DNA of 64,000 nucleotides from an uncultured virus (IMG/VR IMGVR_UViG_3300026549_000073). Its lineage: Duplodnaviria > Heunggongvirae > Uroviricota > Caudoviricetes > Schitoviridae. Below the pieces are notes generated by a model, which ran no database searches, had not been told where the DNA came from, and worked only from the letters and a program-made list of their open reading frames with translations. The stretch lies in the IMG/VR virus record IMGVR_UViG_3300026549_000073; one strand, given 5' to 3'. Of the stretch, positions 9,436 through 19,334 are shown in pieces; the first letter of the stretch is position 1; every line of letters starts with the position of its first letter. The position numbers were made by a program, and so were the translations under genes.

Positions 9436-9996
9436 CTATACTGCAATGCCATCTGTATAATTACCTGCTTTTTTTCCTGTAATATTAATAAAAATATGTT
9501 TACTTATAGTACCGGTTTTAACAACGTTACCATTATTAAGTATGCTATAAGCAGCTACAAGAGGTTGATCTATATCCATGCCACTAGGACAACCATTAGA
9601 ATAAGAACCAGACCTAGTTAAATTTTTTTGATTCCAAATAACATTGGTTAATAAACATGAATATCCCGGTATATTTGTATAAGCTGTTTGTACTTGCTTA
9701 ACTGCTAAAATCCACAATGTATTACTACTTCCTCCCTGATACGTAAGGCTATAGGGGATATTTACATAAATAGTACCATTGAAAGCTGCTCTACTTCCAC
9801 AAGCCATACGATAACCATTAACCATTAAAGGTGATAATGTATAAATTTGGTCACCATGAGTAACTTCAGCAAACCTATCACCTTTAAAACATGGAATCCA
9901 TCCACCATCAACAGCTACACTAGGTGTAGTAATTTTTGATGATGTTTTAACCATTGAATAAATAGTACCATTATAATTTATTTTAATTGTTGCCAT
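9436..9996 (-). CDS. Putative tail fibre-associated or receptor-binding protein
   Basis: Beta-rich 186 aa; TAATG coupling to the fibre gene. Confidence 0.5.
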   Translation of the reverse strand: MATIKINYNGTIYSMVKTSSKITTPSVAVDGGWIPCFKGDRFAEVTHGDQIYTLSPLMVNGYRMACGSRAAFNGTIYVNIPYSLTYQGGSSNTLWILAVKQVQTAYTNIPGYSCLLTNVIWNQKNLTRSGSYSNGCPSGMDIDQPLVAAYSILNNGNVVKTGTISKHIFINITGKKAGNYTDGIAV

Positions 9997-12314
9997 TAGC
10001 CTACACTGACCTCATATCCATTAATAAAAAAGCTACCATTATTAGTTGAACGTGAAGCTGTACCAGCATTATCAGCATAACCAGCAGAATTAGCACGCTC
10101 AACACGAACAGGTCTATATCCACCATCAGGAGCTCTAACCCAAGTCCAAAAATAAGTGCCATCCCATTCTGACCTTACAAAGTGGTCATTATGTGAAGTA
10201 GCTCTAAGATTATAAGCATTGTTTGCTTCATCAGCTCCTTTAGCACGATTAACTGAGAAATTAGCAGGGTTGTAAACATACATATTTATACCATCTTCAC
10301 CACCCCATAACCATGTAGGTTGACCACCTTTACCATCCCAGTGAAAGTTAATATCACCACCACCTGCGTTACGAGGATAAGCTCTATTAGCTATATCTGC
10401 CGTTGTAGCATGGTCAGCATTATTAGCCATAGCTACTCTAACATTTCTAGTACCACCATCAGGTGCTAAAACATAACAATTAAATTGACCTATATCATTC
10501 CAACTTAATTGTAGAAAATGGTCAGTATGTGAATTAGTTCTGAGACGATATGCTCTAACTGCGTCATCAGCTCCATTAGCATAATTAACTCTTTGTGAAC
10601 CTATATTTGCGGTTGTAATCAAATAATTGAAAGTTCCATTACCTTCTTGCATAGTGCCTAATTGTCCACCGGATTCTGCCAAAACACAATGGGAATAACC
10701 ACTTCTATGAAAACATATAGACGGATAGGTGTTATCGTTGGTTCTTACTTGAATACATGAACCACCTTTTCCAGTTCCTATTGCAGACCAGCCGGGCGAT
10801 GCAAGACCATCAACTGCAAATAGTGCTGAATTTACTTTAGGAAAACTATCGTGGTGATAGCCATCAAGAGTATCAGCATTACCGGCACTATTAGCTGTAT
10901 CTGATGCTGTTGCATGAGAAGCTGTACCTGATAAATTACCTGAGAAAGTACCATATACTATACCGGGGAATGTAGAATTACCTGCTTCATTTAATAAAGT
11001 AACTGTCTTAGTAGTACCATTTTGACCTGCATTAATCATCTCATTATTAATATAATGAACTTCATATCGGTCTTCAAAAGTACTTGTACAAAATACACCA
11101 TTCCTACTTGCACCTCTAGTAAATGCTACATAAGCACCACCCGGAGCAGTAGAAGATACTAAAGCTGCACCAGTAGCTCCTTGTAAATAACTAGAGGTTA
11201 TTAATCCTGTTACTAATTGAGTAAGAGCAACATCACCAAAGGCATTAGCATTAATACCATTAATTGACCTAACAATATGTTTATTATCCCAAGTAAGAGC
11301 ACCAGCGGGTGTACCTATTAGCTGTTTACCATCTGAACCATCTTCTTTAGTACAAGCAACTAAATCGAAATGACCAAAAGCTCTATCAGCATTCTTACCA
11401 TAGAGCATTAAGCTTGCTCCACCATCATGAGTATTACCACCGTTGAATCTTAATACGCTATTATTAATGTCACGGAAATACTCTTGACCTGTAAAAGTGC
11501 CATTAGCAGACTTAAAATAAGTAGTATCAATCTGAGCACCATTCTTATCTTGAATAGCTTTAGTAGCTTGCAGTACATTATTAATACTTAAAGACTGAGA
11601 TGTACCATCACCTTTAGTAATATTAAGAGTAGCATTAGCACCTGTGATACTACGAATATAAGATGTAACATCTTGTCCTCTTTTATCAGCTGTAGCTTTA
11701 TCAGCTAAACCATAGAAGTACTTACCTTCTTCTGATGCTTTAAATACTTTACCCCATGTAGTAGTACAATCTAATACATCATTAGTAGTAGAAAATGAAG
11801 CATAAGATGAAGAACCCTTAGGAGTTAAAGTAAGTACTGCTGTGTTGGGTGTCTGAATAGATACATCACCATTTAATACACCACCTGTATTTAAATACGC
11901 AGATTTCTTAAGAGCATCTACATCAGCCTGTACTTCATCAATATCAATACCTTGTATATTATTAAGTTTAGACTGTATAGCACTAATACGAGTATCATGG
12001 TCACTTAAGTCTTTCTGGTTCTGTAAAACATTATCTTCTATATCTTTAATAGAAGTATTAATAGCATCTACTTGGTTTTTAGCATAAGTATCTATTCTAG
12101 CTATTTCACTTTTATTAACATTAATTTGAGGTAAAGCCCTTTTAATGTTATTAATACCATTCTTATTAATAGACCTAGTAACATAGCGTTTAGCTAGAAT
12201 ATTACCTTCACTATCTACTTGGTCTAACCCAGTCTCAGGGTCTTTAATAGGAATATCCTGATATAAGTCTTTTTCAATAGGACTATCAGCATTAGTAATT
12301 TTAAACTTAGACAT
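9996..12314 (-). CDS. Tail fibre protein
   Basis: ADTLDGYH, HWDGKGGQPTWLWGG, ATKAIQDKNGAQIDTTY fibre modules, internal repeats. Confidence 0.8.
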   Translation of the reverse strand: MSKFKITNADSPIEKDLYQDIPIKDPETGLDQVDSEGNILAKRYVTRSINKNGINNIKRALPQINVNKSEIARIDTYAKNQVDAINTSIKDIEDNVLQNQKDLSDHDTRISAIQSKLNNIQGIDIDEVQADVDALKKSAYLNTGGVLNGDVSIQTPNTAVLTLTPKGSSSYASFSTTNDVLDCTTTWGKVFKASEEGKYFYGLADKATADKRGQDVTSYIRSITGANATLNITKGDGTSQSLSINNVLQATKAIQDKNGAQIDTTYFKSANGTFTGQEYFRDINNSVLRFNGGNTHDGGASLMLYGKNADRAFGHFDLVACTKEDGSDGKQLIGTPAGALTWDNKHIVRSINGINANAFGDVALTQLVTGLITSSYLQGATGAALVSSTAPGGAYVAFTRGASRNGVFCTSTFEDRYEVHYINNEMINAGQNGTTKTVTLLNEAGNSTFPGIVYGTFSGNLSGTASHATASDTANSAGNADTLDGYHHDSFPKVNSALFAVDGLASPGWSAIGTGKGGSCIQVRTNDNTYPSICFHRSGYSHCVLAESGGQLGTMQEGNGTFNYLITTANIGSQRVNYANGADDAVRAYRLRTNSHTDHFLQLSWNDIGQFNCYVLAPDGGTRNVRVAMANNADHATTADIANRAYPRNAGGGDINFHWDGKGGQPTWLWGGEDGINMYVYNPANFSVNRAKGADEANNAYNLRATSHNDHFVRSEWDGTYFWTWVRAPDGGYRPVRVERANSAGYADNAGTASRSTNNGSFFINGYEVSVG

Positions 12315-13768
12315 TAATCAATCTCCAATGAGTCAGACATACCAGCAGGTACTAAATATAATTTATTTAAATCAGTAGCTTCATAAGAAGCTTCTAAAGT
12401 ATCTTTCATTTCAGTACGTAACATAACGCCTTTATTAATATAGTTACCCATGTTAGTAATATTATCTATATTGTTATTAATATTAATAATCTGAGGTAAT
12501 GAATTATAAATAGCTTTAACATTATCCATTGATAAACCTAAAGCATTTATAGAATCTATATTATCAGCATTTATTTTAATATTGGATAATGCAGGCTCTA
12601 TCTTTAATAAAGCATTAATATTAGCAGCTAGTGTTTGTATTTGAGTAACATTATCAGATACACTATTAACCTGTTCTATATTTTCAGCTGTAACAATAAC
12701 AGATTGTTTATAAGTATTAAGAGTATTAATTTTATCTAAGTCATCATAAACAGCTTCAATAACTTCTAGAGCTCCTGCTACAGAGTCTACATTCTTAATA
12801 CTATTACCAACCTTATCTACATTATCTTTATCATTGTAGATAGTTTCTAATAGTTCTATATGAGAATTAATCCAAGCTAAAGTATAGATTTGAGGTACTA
12901 CTGCTTTAATAGCTTCAATATTTTGACCACAAGCTTTAATTGAATCAACATAATCTTCAATTTTATGTATATCTTCTAATGATAAAGATACATCTATAAC
13001 ATCATAGATAGATGATGATACTCTTGCTATATTATTTAAGTCTTCATCAGATAAATCTAAAATAGATGTTCTAGTAGCATATCTATCAGATATTTCACCA
13101 TCAGTAGAACCAGCATCTAATACCCAACCTATTAATCTAGAGTTAGATACTACAGCTTCATCGACAGCTTTTAAAGAGAACCTATCATTAACTGTTTTAT
13201 CTAAAGAATATGCTACCCAACGTTTACCATTAAAAGCTAGGTTTACTATATTAAGTGCACCTACTGTATTATCTAATTTAGATATATCACCTAACCAATC
13301 TACTTGTGTAGGTTTAAAAGTATACTTGGTTCCTGCTTTAATATTAGTTAAATATAAAACTATATTAATAAATGCAGCTTTATCAAATGTATCTGCAATA
13401 GAGAATGTAATCTCTGGGGTATTAATATTAAGAAAGAACCTATGACTTTGAGATGGGTCTATTACATATGTAGTAGTACTTACATCTGCTTTAAGAGATG
13501 TTTCTGCAAAATGCTTAGCTCTAATAGTTAATGTACCTTCTTGTAAATCAGATACAAAAGGTACATCTTCTTTAGCTCCTAACTCAGTACCTTTCCATAC
13601 AGAAATTCTATTTTTATCATCAGGATTAATAGTCATCTGTCCGGATAAGCCTCTGAATCTAGGTATATCTGAGTTATAGGCTTTTCTTAGTTTATAATCA
13701 TATACACCAGTAGGCTCAATCTCATCACCAGCTAGAGCTACTGCTATATTTTTTGAATTATCTGCCAT
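12314..13768 (-). CDS. Tail-associated structural protein with helical repeats
   Basis: Repeated NIxxVxxVxx units; position in the late tail cluster. Confidence 0.6.
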   Translation of the reverse strand: MADNSKNIAVALAGDEIEPTGVYDYKLRKAYNSDIPRFRGLSGQMTINPDDKNRISVWKGTELGAKEDVPFVSDLQEGTLTIRAKHFAETSLKADVSTTTYVIDPSQSHRFFLNINTPEITFSIADTFDKAAFINIVLYLTNIKAGTKYTFKPTQVDWLGDISKLDNTVGALNIVNLAFNGKRWVAYSLDKTVNDRFSLKAVDEAVVSNSRLIGWVLDAGSTDGEISDRYATRTSILDLSDEDLNNIARVSSSIYDVIDVSLSLEDIHKIEDYVDSIKACGQNIEAIKAVVPQIYTLAWINSHIELLETIYNDKDNVDKVGNSIKNVDSVAGALEVIEAVYDDLDKINTLNTYKQSVIVTAENIEQVNSVSDNVTQIQTLAANINALLKIEPALSNIKINADNIDSINALGLSMDNVKAIYNSLPQIININNNIDNITNMGNYINKGVMLRTEMKDTLEASYEATDLNKLYLVPAGMSDSLEID

Positions 13769-15213
13769 TATTCATCATCCTCTAACTGCTTAATAAACTG
13801 TATCTTACCAGTTAATGTTTTAAGGTTAGTAGCTGTAATAGTAAGAGTAGAACCTTTAGCTACATAAAGTTGCATACAATCATCAAAGTAACCATTAGGT
13901 TTCTTAATCTTTAATGTAATTGTTACATCATTACAAGTTAAGTTTTCTTTAATTTCACTATCTGTATTTTCTTGGGATTCACCATAATAGTAATTAACAA
14001 ACCAACCATTAGAAGGGGCTTCCCATGTATCAGTATAGGTATCTATATCAGTCTTCTTAATAGAACCAAGTAATACATTTACTCTGTTGTCTTGGTTCGT
14101 TAATAAGGCATTAGAAGGTAGATTACTATTAAAGTTATCAATGAACTTAGTTGTCTGGTCTATGCGCTGATACATAGCTGTAATATCTTTTTCAGCTTTA
14201 GATATATTAGTATTAGTTGTAGATATTAAAGACTTAAGTTCAGGTGTATTCTTATTTACTTCCTTAATATCATCTAGATAAGTTACAGCTACAGTATAGG
14301 TACTTAAATTATCATAAACACTATTTAAAGTTACTAAAGAGTTAGCTACATTTTTAATACTTTCAGTATTTTGAGCCAGTTCAGATATATCATCTTTAAT
14401 AGTTACTAGTTCAGTAAATTTCTGAACTAAATCTACTTGTTTATCTACAATATCAGCAGCTGTCTTAATGTTAACTATATTATTAGATAAATTAGTAATT
14501 TCGTATCTAAACTCTAATATTTCTAAGTAAGTTTTAAGATTTAAATCAGCTTTTTCATAAATAGCTATATTACTATTAAGAGCATTAATAACATGTAAAT
14601 ATTCATGTACATGCTGTAGAACTTCTAGATTAGCTTGTATATCACTAAAGGTATTAACAGCTGTATTAACAGATTTAACTAAATCTAAGTTACCTTCTAG
14701 ATTAAGCACTTCTTTAATATTTAAGTACAATCTGTTATAAACATCATAATTAGTATTAAGTTCTTTAACTGCTTCTATGTTAGCAGCTGCTAAATTAATT
14801 TCATCTGTAATATAAGCCAATGCTTTTACTTGATTCAGATATATAGCTAATCTTTGTACATCTGCTATATTAGTAGCTACAATGTTAATATTGTCCCAAT
14901 TACGAGTAAGAGCTGAAGCAAAATTCTCACCTGTAAATGTTTCTTTAGTTGGTTCTTCACCTACTCTACCCATATCATGACCAATAAAAGTACCTAACTT
15001 ATTAGCATTAGATATAGTATTAAGAGTAGTATTTAAAGTTTTTAAAGACTTATCATAATCAGCTAAAGCAGTCCATGATTCTTTGTATGACTTTAATAAA
15101 TCTAACTGATTATATACTTCTTTAACAACTGTATAAGAGACACCCAGTGCTCTATCTACTTCAGCAGAAGCAGTAGGGTCTCCATAAGGTTGCTTGTAAT
15201 ACATTAGCACCAT
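13768..15213 (-). CDS. Tail or appendage protein
   Basis: N-terminal VDRALGVSYTVVKEVY resembles N4-like fibre anchors; NI..V repeats; C-terminal WEAPSNGW. Confidence 0.6.
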   Translation of the reverse strand: MVLMYYKQPYGDPTASAEVDRALGVSYTVVKEVYNQLDLLKSYKESWTALADYDKSLKTLNTTLNTISNANKLGTFIGHDMGRVGEEPTKETFTGENFASALTRNWDNINIVATNIADVQRLAIYLNQVKALAYITDEINLAAANIEAVKELNTNYDVYNRLYLNIKEVLNLEGNLDLVKSVNTAVNTFSDIQANLEVLQHVHEYLHVINALNSNIAIYEKADLNLKTYLEILEFRYEITNLSNNIVNIKTAADIVDKQVDLVQKFTELVTIKDDISELAQNTESIKNVANSLVTLNSVYDNLSTYTVAVTYLDDIKEVNKNTPELKSLISTTNTNISKAEKDITAMYQRIDQTTKFIDNFNSNLPSNALLTNQDNRVNVLLGSIKKTDIDTYTDTWEAPSNGWFVNYYYGESQENTDSEIKENLTCNDVTITLKIKKPNGYFDDCMQLYVAKGSTLTITATNLKTLTGKIQFIKQLEDDE

Positions 15214-15908
15214 CCTCTTTTATAAAACTTCTCTGTATTAGTTGAATACTGAGGATTAATGGAATCTGTTTCTATTAACTCTTCTACAAGGTTTTGATAT
15301 TCAGTTAAGAATACTTGAGCTTGCTGCATAGATGCAGGAGAACCAATAGAAGCAAAGATTAAATAATTTGTATAAGCTACTAAAGCTCCTACAAGTAAAT
15401 CAGGTAGATATACTTCAGTATCTTGTTCTGGGTTATATACAATCTTATCAGGAGCTGCCTGATAAGTTACATTAAGTACTTGAGTAGGAAACCTAGAGGA
15501 TACCTCTAAGATGTTGTACATAGGTGTATATACTGACATTAACTCTTCTGGGTCATTAATAGGAAGTTTATTTTCCTTATTGTCATATACATCTAATATC
15601 TTTATAACATCATCTTTAAATGTTTCTTCAAATCCTTTCCATAGATACTTATCATATGATGGTTCTTCCCAATTAGGTATGATATGCTCTTTTGTTAAAG
15701 GATAATTTACTCTACTCTCTTGTAAATGAACCCAAATTGAATCCACCTTTAAAGTAAATTTACTATATAGCTTTAATAGACTTTCATTTAGAAATGTAAT
15801 AATAGCTGGTAGTTTATCAGCACTAAATTGTTTAGTCTTACTATCTACATAGCAAGTGTTTAATACATTTCTATATAATACTAAAGTAAGGATTTCTGAT
15901 AACTTCAT
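15204..15908 (-). CDS. N4 gp67-like head-tail adaptor protein
   Basis: MKLSEIL, NESLLKLYSKF, NTEKFYKRGWC C-terminus; immediately downstream of terminase. Confidence 0.7.
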   Translation of the reverse strand: MKLSEILTLVLYRNVLNTCYVDSKTKQFSADKLPAIITFLNESLLKLYSKFTLKVDSIWVHLQESRVNYPLTKEHIIPNWEEPSYDKYLWKGFEETFKDDVIKILDVYDNKENKLPINDPEELMSVYTPMYNILEVSSRFPTQVLNVTYQAAPDKIVYNPEQDTEVYLPDLLVGALVAYTNYLIFASIGSPASMQQAQVFLTEYQNLVEELIETDSINPQYSTNTEKFYKRGWC

Positions 15909-17497
15909 ACTATATACGATTCCAGTCTATTAGTATCTTCCTCTGGTTCTGTCTCATCATAGATACCGCCATTATCTGGGTCTTTAGGTATAGGAGCTTC
16001 TGAAGGTCGCCAAATCTTCATATAAGCAAGCATAGATATAGTATCTAAGAAATCATCTTTTCCTTTTAACCCTTCTGATGTAGCAAGGTTTATTTCTTGT
16101 ATTCCTTCTTTTAAGATAGCATTGTCTTTATCTTCTTCAGGGAAATAAAACTTACCTGCTTTGAACCAAGGTACTACTAAGTTAAATCTTGATAATTTAT
16201 CTGCTACAGGACGTATACCGGGTGCATTATTGTTACCTGAGGTAGCAAATGAGAACCATATATTCCTTAGCATCATCTCTTTCTGTAACCATTGTATAAA
16301 AGCACCTTGTTGTCCAGTTACCTCTACACCTACCGCCTGTGGTTGGTATTTTTGGACTAATTGGAATAGCTTATCAATATTGTTATCCATAGTAGTTCTT
16401 TTACATTGACCATCAACCCAAAAGAAATCACCATTACTATTGACAGCCCATACGGATATTACAGAATAGTCAGCAGATTGTTTTGCTGATGTAGCAAAAT
16501 CTGTTGTGATATAAAAATTATAAAAGTTCTTATTTGAAAGTAAAACAGATTTTTTATACCATCTGATTTCATTATAAGCTATTAACTTAGAATCTTCAGA
16601 TGTAAGTCTTAACATAAGCTCTTGATAAAAGGAAGCTAGCTGTCCTGTAGATAGAGCTACATCATATTGACTTTTAATATAGTCATATGTAAATCTATCT
16701 GACCAAGCTCCTCTAAACTCTTCTCTAGTGCAAGGAAACTTCTCACATACAGGATAAACATTACTATCCCATGCACCTGATTGAATAGCCTCTACCAATG
16801 GGTCTTCATTATTAAAGGGAGTACCATTAAAAATTACCTTTCTTCTTGTTGGGTCTAAAGCATGGTTTACACCCTTATATATAGTATCTTTAATTAACTG
16901 TAGAACTACTTTAGATTTAGATGCTTCATCAGACATTAAATCATCAAGAATACATAATACAGGTCTTTTACCATATATCTTAGTACCACGAATACCAGTA
17001 GTAGCACCATATAACTTAACAGCTAACTGATGTCCTGCTTTATTAGTGAACTCTATATAAGTATCTGTAAATCTAGCTACAGGTAACTGTTCTTTTAAGA
17101 ACTCTGAGTTCTCATATCTAAACTCAATATTCTTTCTAGCAGATTTAACACCATTCTCAATAGAATCAGTTACATATATCATTCCACTTACTTCACCTAA
17201 GTAAGGTAGTTCATGGAATACTGCTAGATATAGTGTTAGATATTCCATAAATAGAGTAGTCTTAGCTGCACCACGGAAGATTAGATTAGCTACATACTGA
17301 CTAGGCGAAGCTAGCTTATCAAGCATCTTAAGGTGTACAGGAGGAGTCTTATTACTTTCTCCTTGTACACCATTAACTAACTTAATAAAGTTCATAAATC
17401 CTATAGAGAAGGTACTAGGAACATATGAACCAGTAGCTAAGTCTTGATAATCTACATTATCTAACCATGTATCTAATGATTGTTTCTTTAGTTCCAT
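15905..17497 (-). CDS. terL: Terminase large subunit (N4 gp68-like)
   Basis: FRGAAKTT Walker A, CILDDL Walker B, GTPF coupling motif, ITTDFA and KDDFLD nuclease residues. Confidence 0.92.
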   Translation of the reverse strand: MELKKQSLDTWLDNVDYQDLATGSYVPSTFSIGFMNFIKLVNGVQGESNKTPPVHLKMLDKLASPSQYVANLIFRGAAKTTLFMEYLTLYLAVFHELPYLGEVSGMIYVTDSIENGVKSARKNIEFRYENSEFLKEQLPVARFTDTYIEFTNKAGHQLAVKLYGATTGIRGTKIYGKRPVLCILDDLMSDEASKSKVVLQLIKDTIYKGVNHALDPTRRKVIFNGTPFNNEDPLVEAIQSGAWDSNVYPVCEKFPCTREEFRGAWSDRFTYDYIKSQYDVALSTGQLASFYQELMLRLTSEDSKLIAYNEIRWYKKSVLLSNKNFYNFYITTDFATSAKQSADYSVISVWAVNSNGDFFWVDGQCKRTTMDNNIDKLFQLVQKYQPQAVGVEVTGQQGAFIQWLQKEMMLRNIWFSFATSGNNNAPGIRPVADKLSRFNLVVPWFKAGKFYFPEEDKDNAILKEGIQEINLATSEGLKGKDDFLDTISMLAYMKIWRPSEAPIPKDPDNGGIYDETEPEEDTNRLESYIV

Positions 17498-18174
17498 TAA
17501 TCTACCTCAGCCTCTATAATCTTTTGTTCTGCTATCTGTTCAGTAGTAGCTTTACCTTGTTTAATTAGATTCTGTTGTACTTCAGCTAATTTAACTAAGG
17601 TTTCTCTTAAATCTTCAATACCTGTATTCTGGTTCATTTCTATATTAACTAAAGGACCTGCTTTCTCTGGTTTAGCTAAATGGGTAAGAATACTATCAGC
17701 TGCCATGAACCTTACTTTCTCATTTTTACTATTTAATAAAGCTGCTTGAGTATTAATAGCTTTCTGATAAATATCTTGGTTCAATACCCATGTAGGAACC
17801 AAGGTTTGCTCTAATATCTTATTGACTAGCTTACCTCTGTTGTAGGCTGTTACATAAGCAGCTATATCTTTCTGAGGTAGACCCTTACTTACCAATATCT
17901 GATATCTTTGAGGGAAGGTCTTTATATAAGAATCTATATTAGAATATCCCATTAGTTTATAACTAACATAAACTACAGCATTAAGATAATCTTCTGTCTT
18001 ATACTTACCATCCTGTAATACTCCAGTATAACCAATGAAGTTCTTTTTAATTTCATCTGTTAATATTGGGTCAGTACTAATAGTATTTATCTTATCTACT
18101 AGCTCTTGAGTAATAGCTCCTCTTAACCTACCCGGCATTACCTTCTTAACTATTTCTACTGTTAAATCACTCAT
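17497..18174 (-). CDS. N4 gp69-like protein (putative terminase small subunit)
   Basis: YLNAVVYVSYKLMG, TFPQRY, LVNKILEQTLVPTWVLNQD, AADSILTHL; coupled to terL. Confidence 0.75.
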   Translation of the reverse strand: MSDLTVEIVKKVMPGRLRGAITQELVDKINTISTDPILTDEIKKNFIGYTGVLQDGKYKTEDYLNAVVYVSYKLMGYSNIDSYIKTFPQRYQILVSKGLPQKDIAAYVTAYNRGKLVNKILEQTLVPTWVLNQDIYQKAINTQAALLNSKNEKVRFMAADSILTHLAKPEKAGPLVNIEMNQNTGIEDLRETLVKLAEVQQNLIKQGKATTEQIAEQKIIEAEVD

Positions 18175-18547
18175 TTAATACTCCTTTAAATAGTTAGCAT
18201 TGTTTTTATTATACTATATATATATAATAAGGGGTGGCGGGTGGGTATAGATTTCTAGTCTTTCTTTTGTTCTTACTTCTATCTCTTTCTTTGGTTCTTT
18301 CTTTCTCTTTCTTCTTTCTTATTGTCTTTCTATTCTTTATTACTTATTCCTTCATTGGTTCTTCATTAGTCATTTATTAATGTGTATAAAATATTATACG
18401 CATTTAGAAATTTTAAAAATTATTATTCGCAGTTAAGATTTTCAAAAAATTATTATGAGTGCAGTGTATTGGGGTAGGTGAAGGGGTTTTTGAAGGTATC
18501 CCCCCCCCATACACCTACACCTACACTTACACCTGACACTTTAATAC

Positions 18548-18560
18548 AAGGCTTCGCCTT
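18548..18560 (+). promoter_or_regulatory. vRNAP hairpin early promoter 1
   Basis: Template strand AAGGC-GAA-GCCTT; placing -11 at the loop centre gives +1 = G18565. Confidence 0.8.
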
Positions 18561-18603
18561 ATATGAGGTAATATTGCCTCTTCAGCTATACAAGGAGATT
18601 ATT

Positions 18604-18822
18604 ATGGCTGTTACAAAATCATTCTCAGCTTTAAGGTCATCAAGTACTAAAGTAATAACAGCAGTTGGCTATACTGCAGCTGCTGTTGAGCTAGTAGCTA
18701 GAGCTACCGTTGTAGGAGCAGCAAGGTTAAATGAGTATCTTTCGGAAGATATGGGTATTGAAGCCCAGAAATTAGTTGCACAAATTGATGCGGAGTTACA
18801 TCCATCATCAAATAATGAATAA
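18604..18822 (+). CDS. First early protein, 72 aa
   Basis: AAGGAG then ATG at 18604, downstream of the hairpin promoter; the ORF-track start at 18478 is unlikely. Confidence 0.75.
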   Translation: MAVTKSFSALRSSSTKVITAVGYTAAAVELVARATVVGAARLNEYLSEDMGIEAQKLVAQIDAELHPSSNNE

Positions 18823-18826
18823 TTCT

Positions 18827-18854
18827 AAAGGGACTTCGGTCCCTTTTTATTTTT
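18827..18854 (+). terminator. Intrinsic terminator
   Basis: AAAGGGAC-ttcg-GTCCCTTT followed by a T tract. Confidence 0.85.
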
Positions 18855-18947
18855 CTAAAACAAACACGAAACACTAACGAAACACTGTCTCAATAGTATA
18901 ATACCGAAGTACTACCGAAAGACTAACACGTCTGTAAGACGAATTAA

Positions 18948-18966
18948 TATAACCCTTCGGGTTATA
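18948..18966 (+). promoter_or_regulatory. vRNAP hairpin early promoter 2
   Basis: Template strand TATAACCC-GAA-GGGTTATA upstream of the ORF at 18995. Confidence 0.7.
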
Positions 18967-18994
18967 CAGGATTCATTAAAATAGGAGAATTAAA

Positions 18995-19150
18995 ATGAAA
19001 ACTATGGAAAAATCAATTCTTGAAGCAGGTGGTTTAACTGGACGTGTTTACAACACTAAAACTCACAATATAACGGAAAAAGAACATCAGTTCTTTCTTC
19101 AACTTCAAGAAAGTTGGAAAAAGCAAGAGAAAACAAAACTAAGTAATTAA
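18995..19150 (+). CDS. Early protein, 51 aa
   Basis: MKTMEKSILEAGGLTGRVYN...; TAGGAG SD; has its own promoter and terminator; not in the ORF track. Confidence 0.75.
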   Translation: MKTMEKSILEAGGLTGRVYNTKTHNITEKEHQFFLQLQESWKKQEKTKLSN

Positions 19151-19178
19151 AGGAGCCTTTGTGCTCCTTTTTTTATTT
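19149..19178 (+). terminator. Intrinsic terminator
   Basis: AAAGGAGC-ctttgt-GCTCCTTT followed by a T tract. Confidence 0.8.
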
Positions 19179-19238
19179 TAGTTTGTTGTTTGTTTTTTAC
19201 AACACTACACACTTTGCGGGCTTCGCCCGTTCTAATAT

Positions 19239-19251
19239 AAGGCTTCGCCTT
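19239..19251 (+). promoter_or_regulatory. vRNAP hairpin early promoter 3
   Basis: Identical AAGGCTTCGCCTT core to promoter 1; predicted +1 = G19256; a second GAA-loop hairpin lies at 19217-19229. Confidence 0.8.
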
Positions 19252-19334
19252 TTATGGGCTCTAAGAGGTTTAGAGTTCGTTTTGTGCCCAATTGTGGGTT
19301 TTGTTAATTCTTACTAATTACTAAGGAAATTATT

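Noticed and set aside
7692..12314. Diversity-generating retroelement or invertase-based fibre switching
   Set aside because: No reverse transcriptase, invertase, template/variable repeat pair or flanking inverted repeats seen
18478..18603. N-terminal extension MKGFLKVSPPHTPTP of the first early ORF
   Set aside because: It crosses the C run, ACAC repeats and promoter hairpin; a good SD precedes ATG 18604
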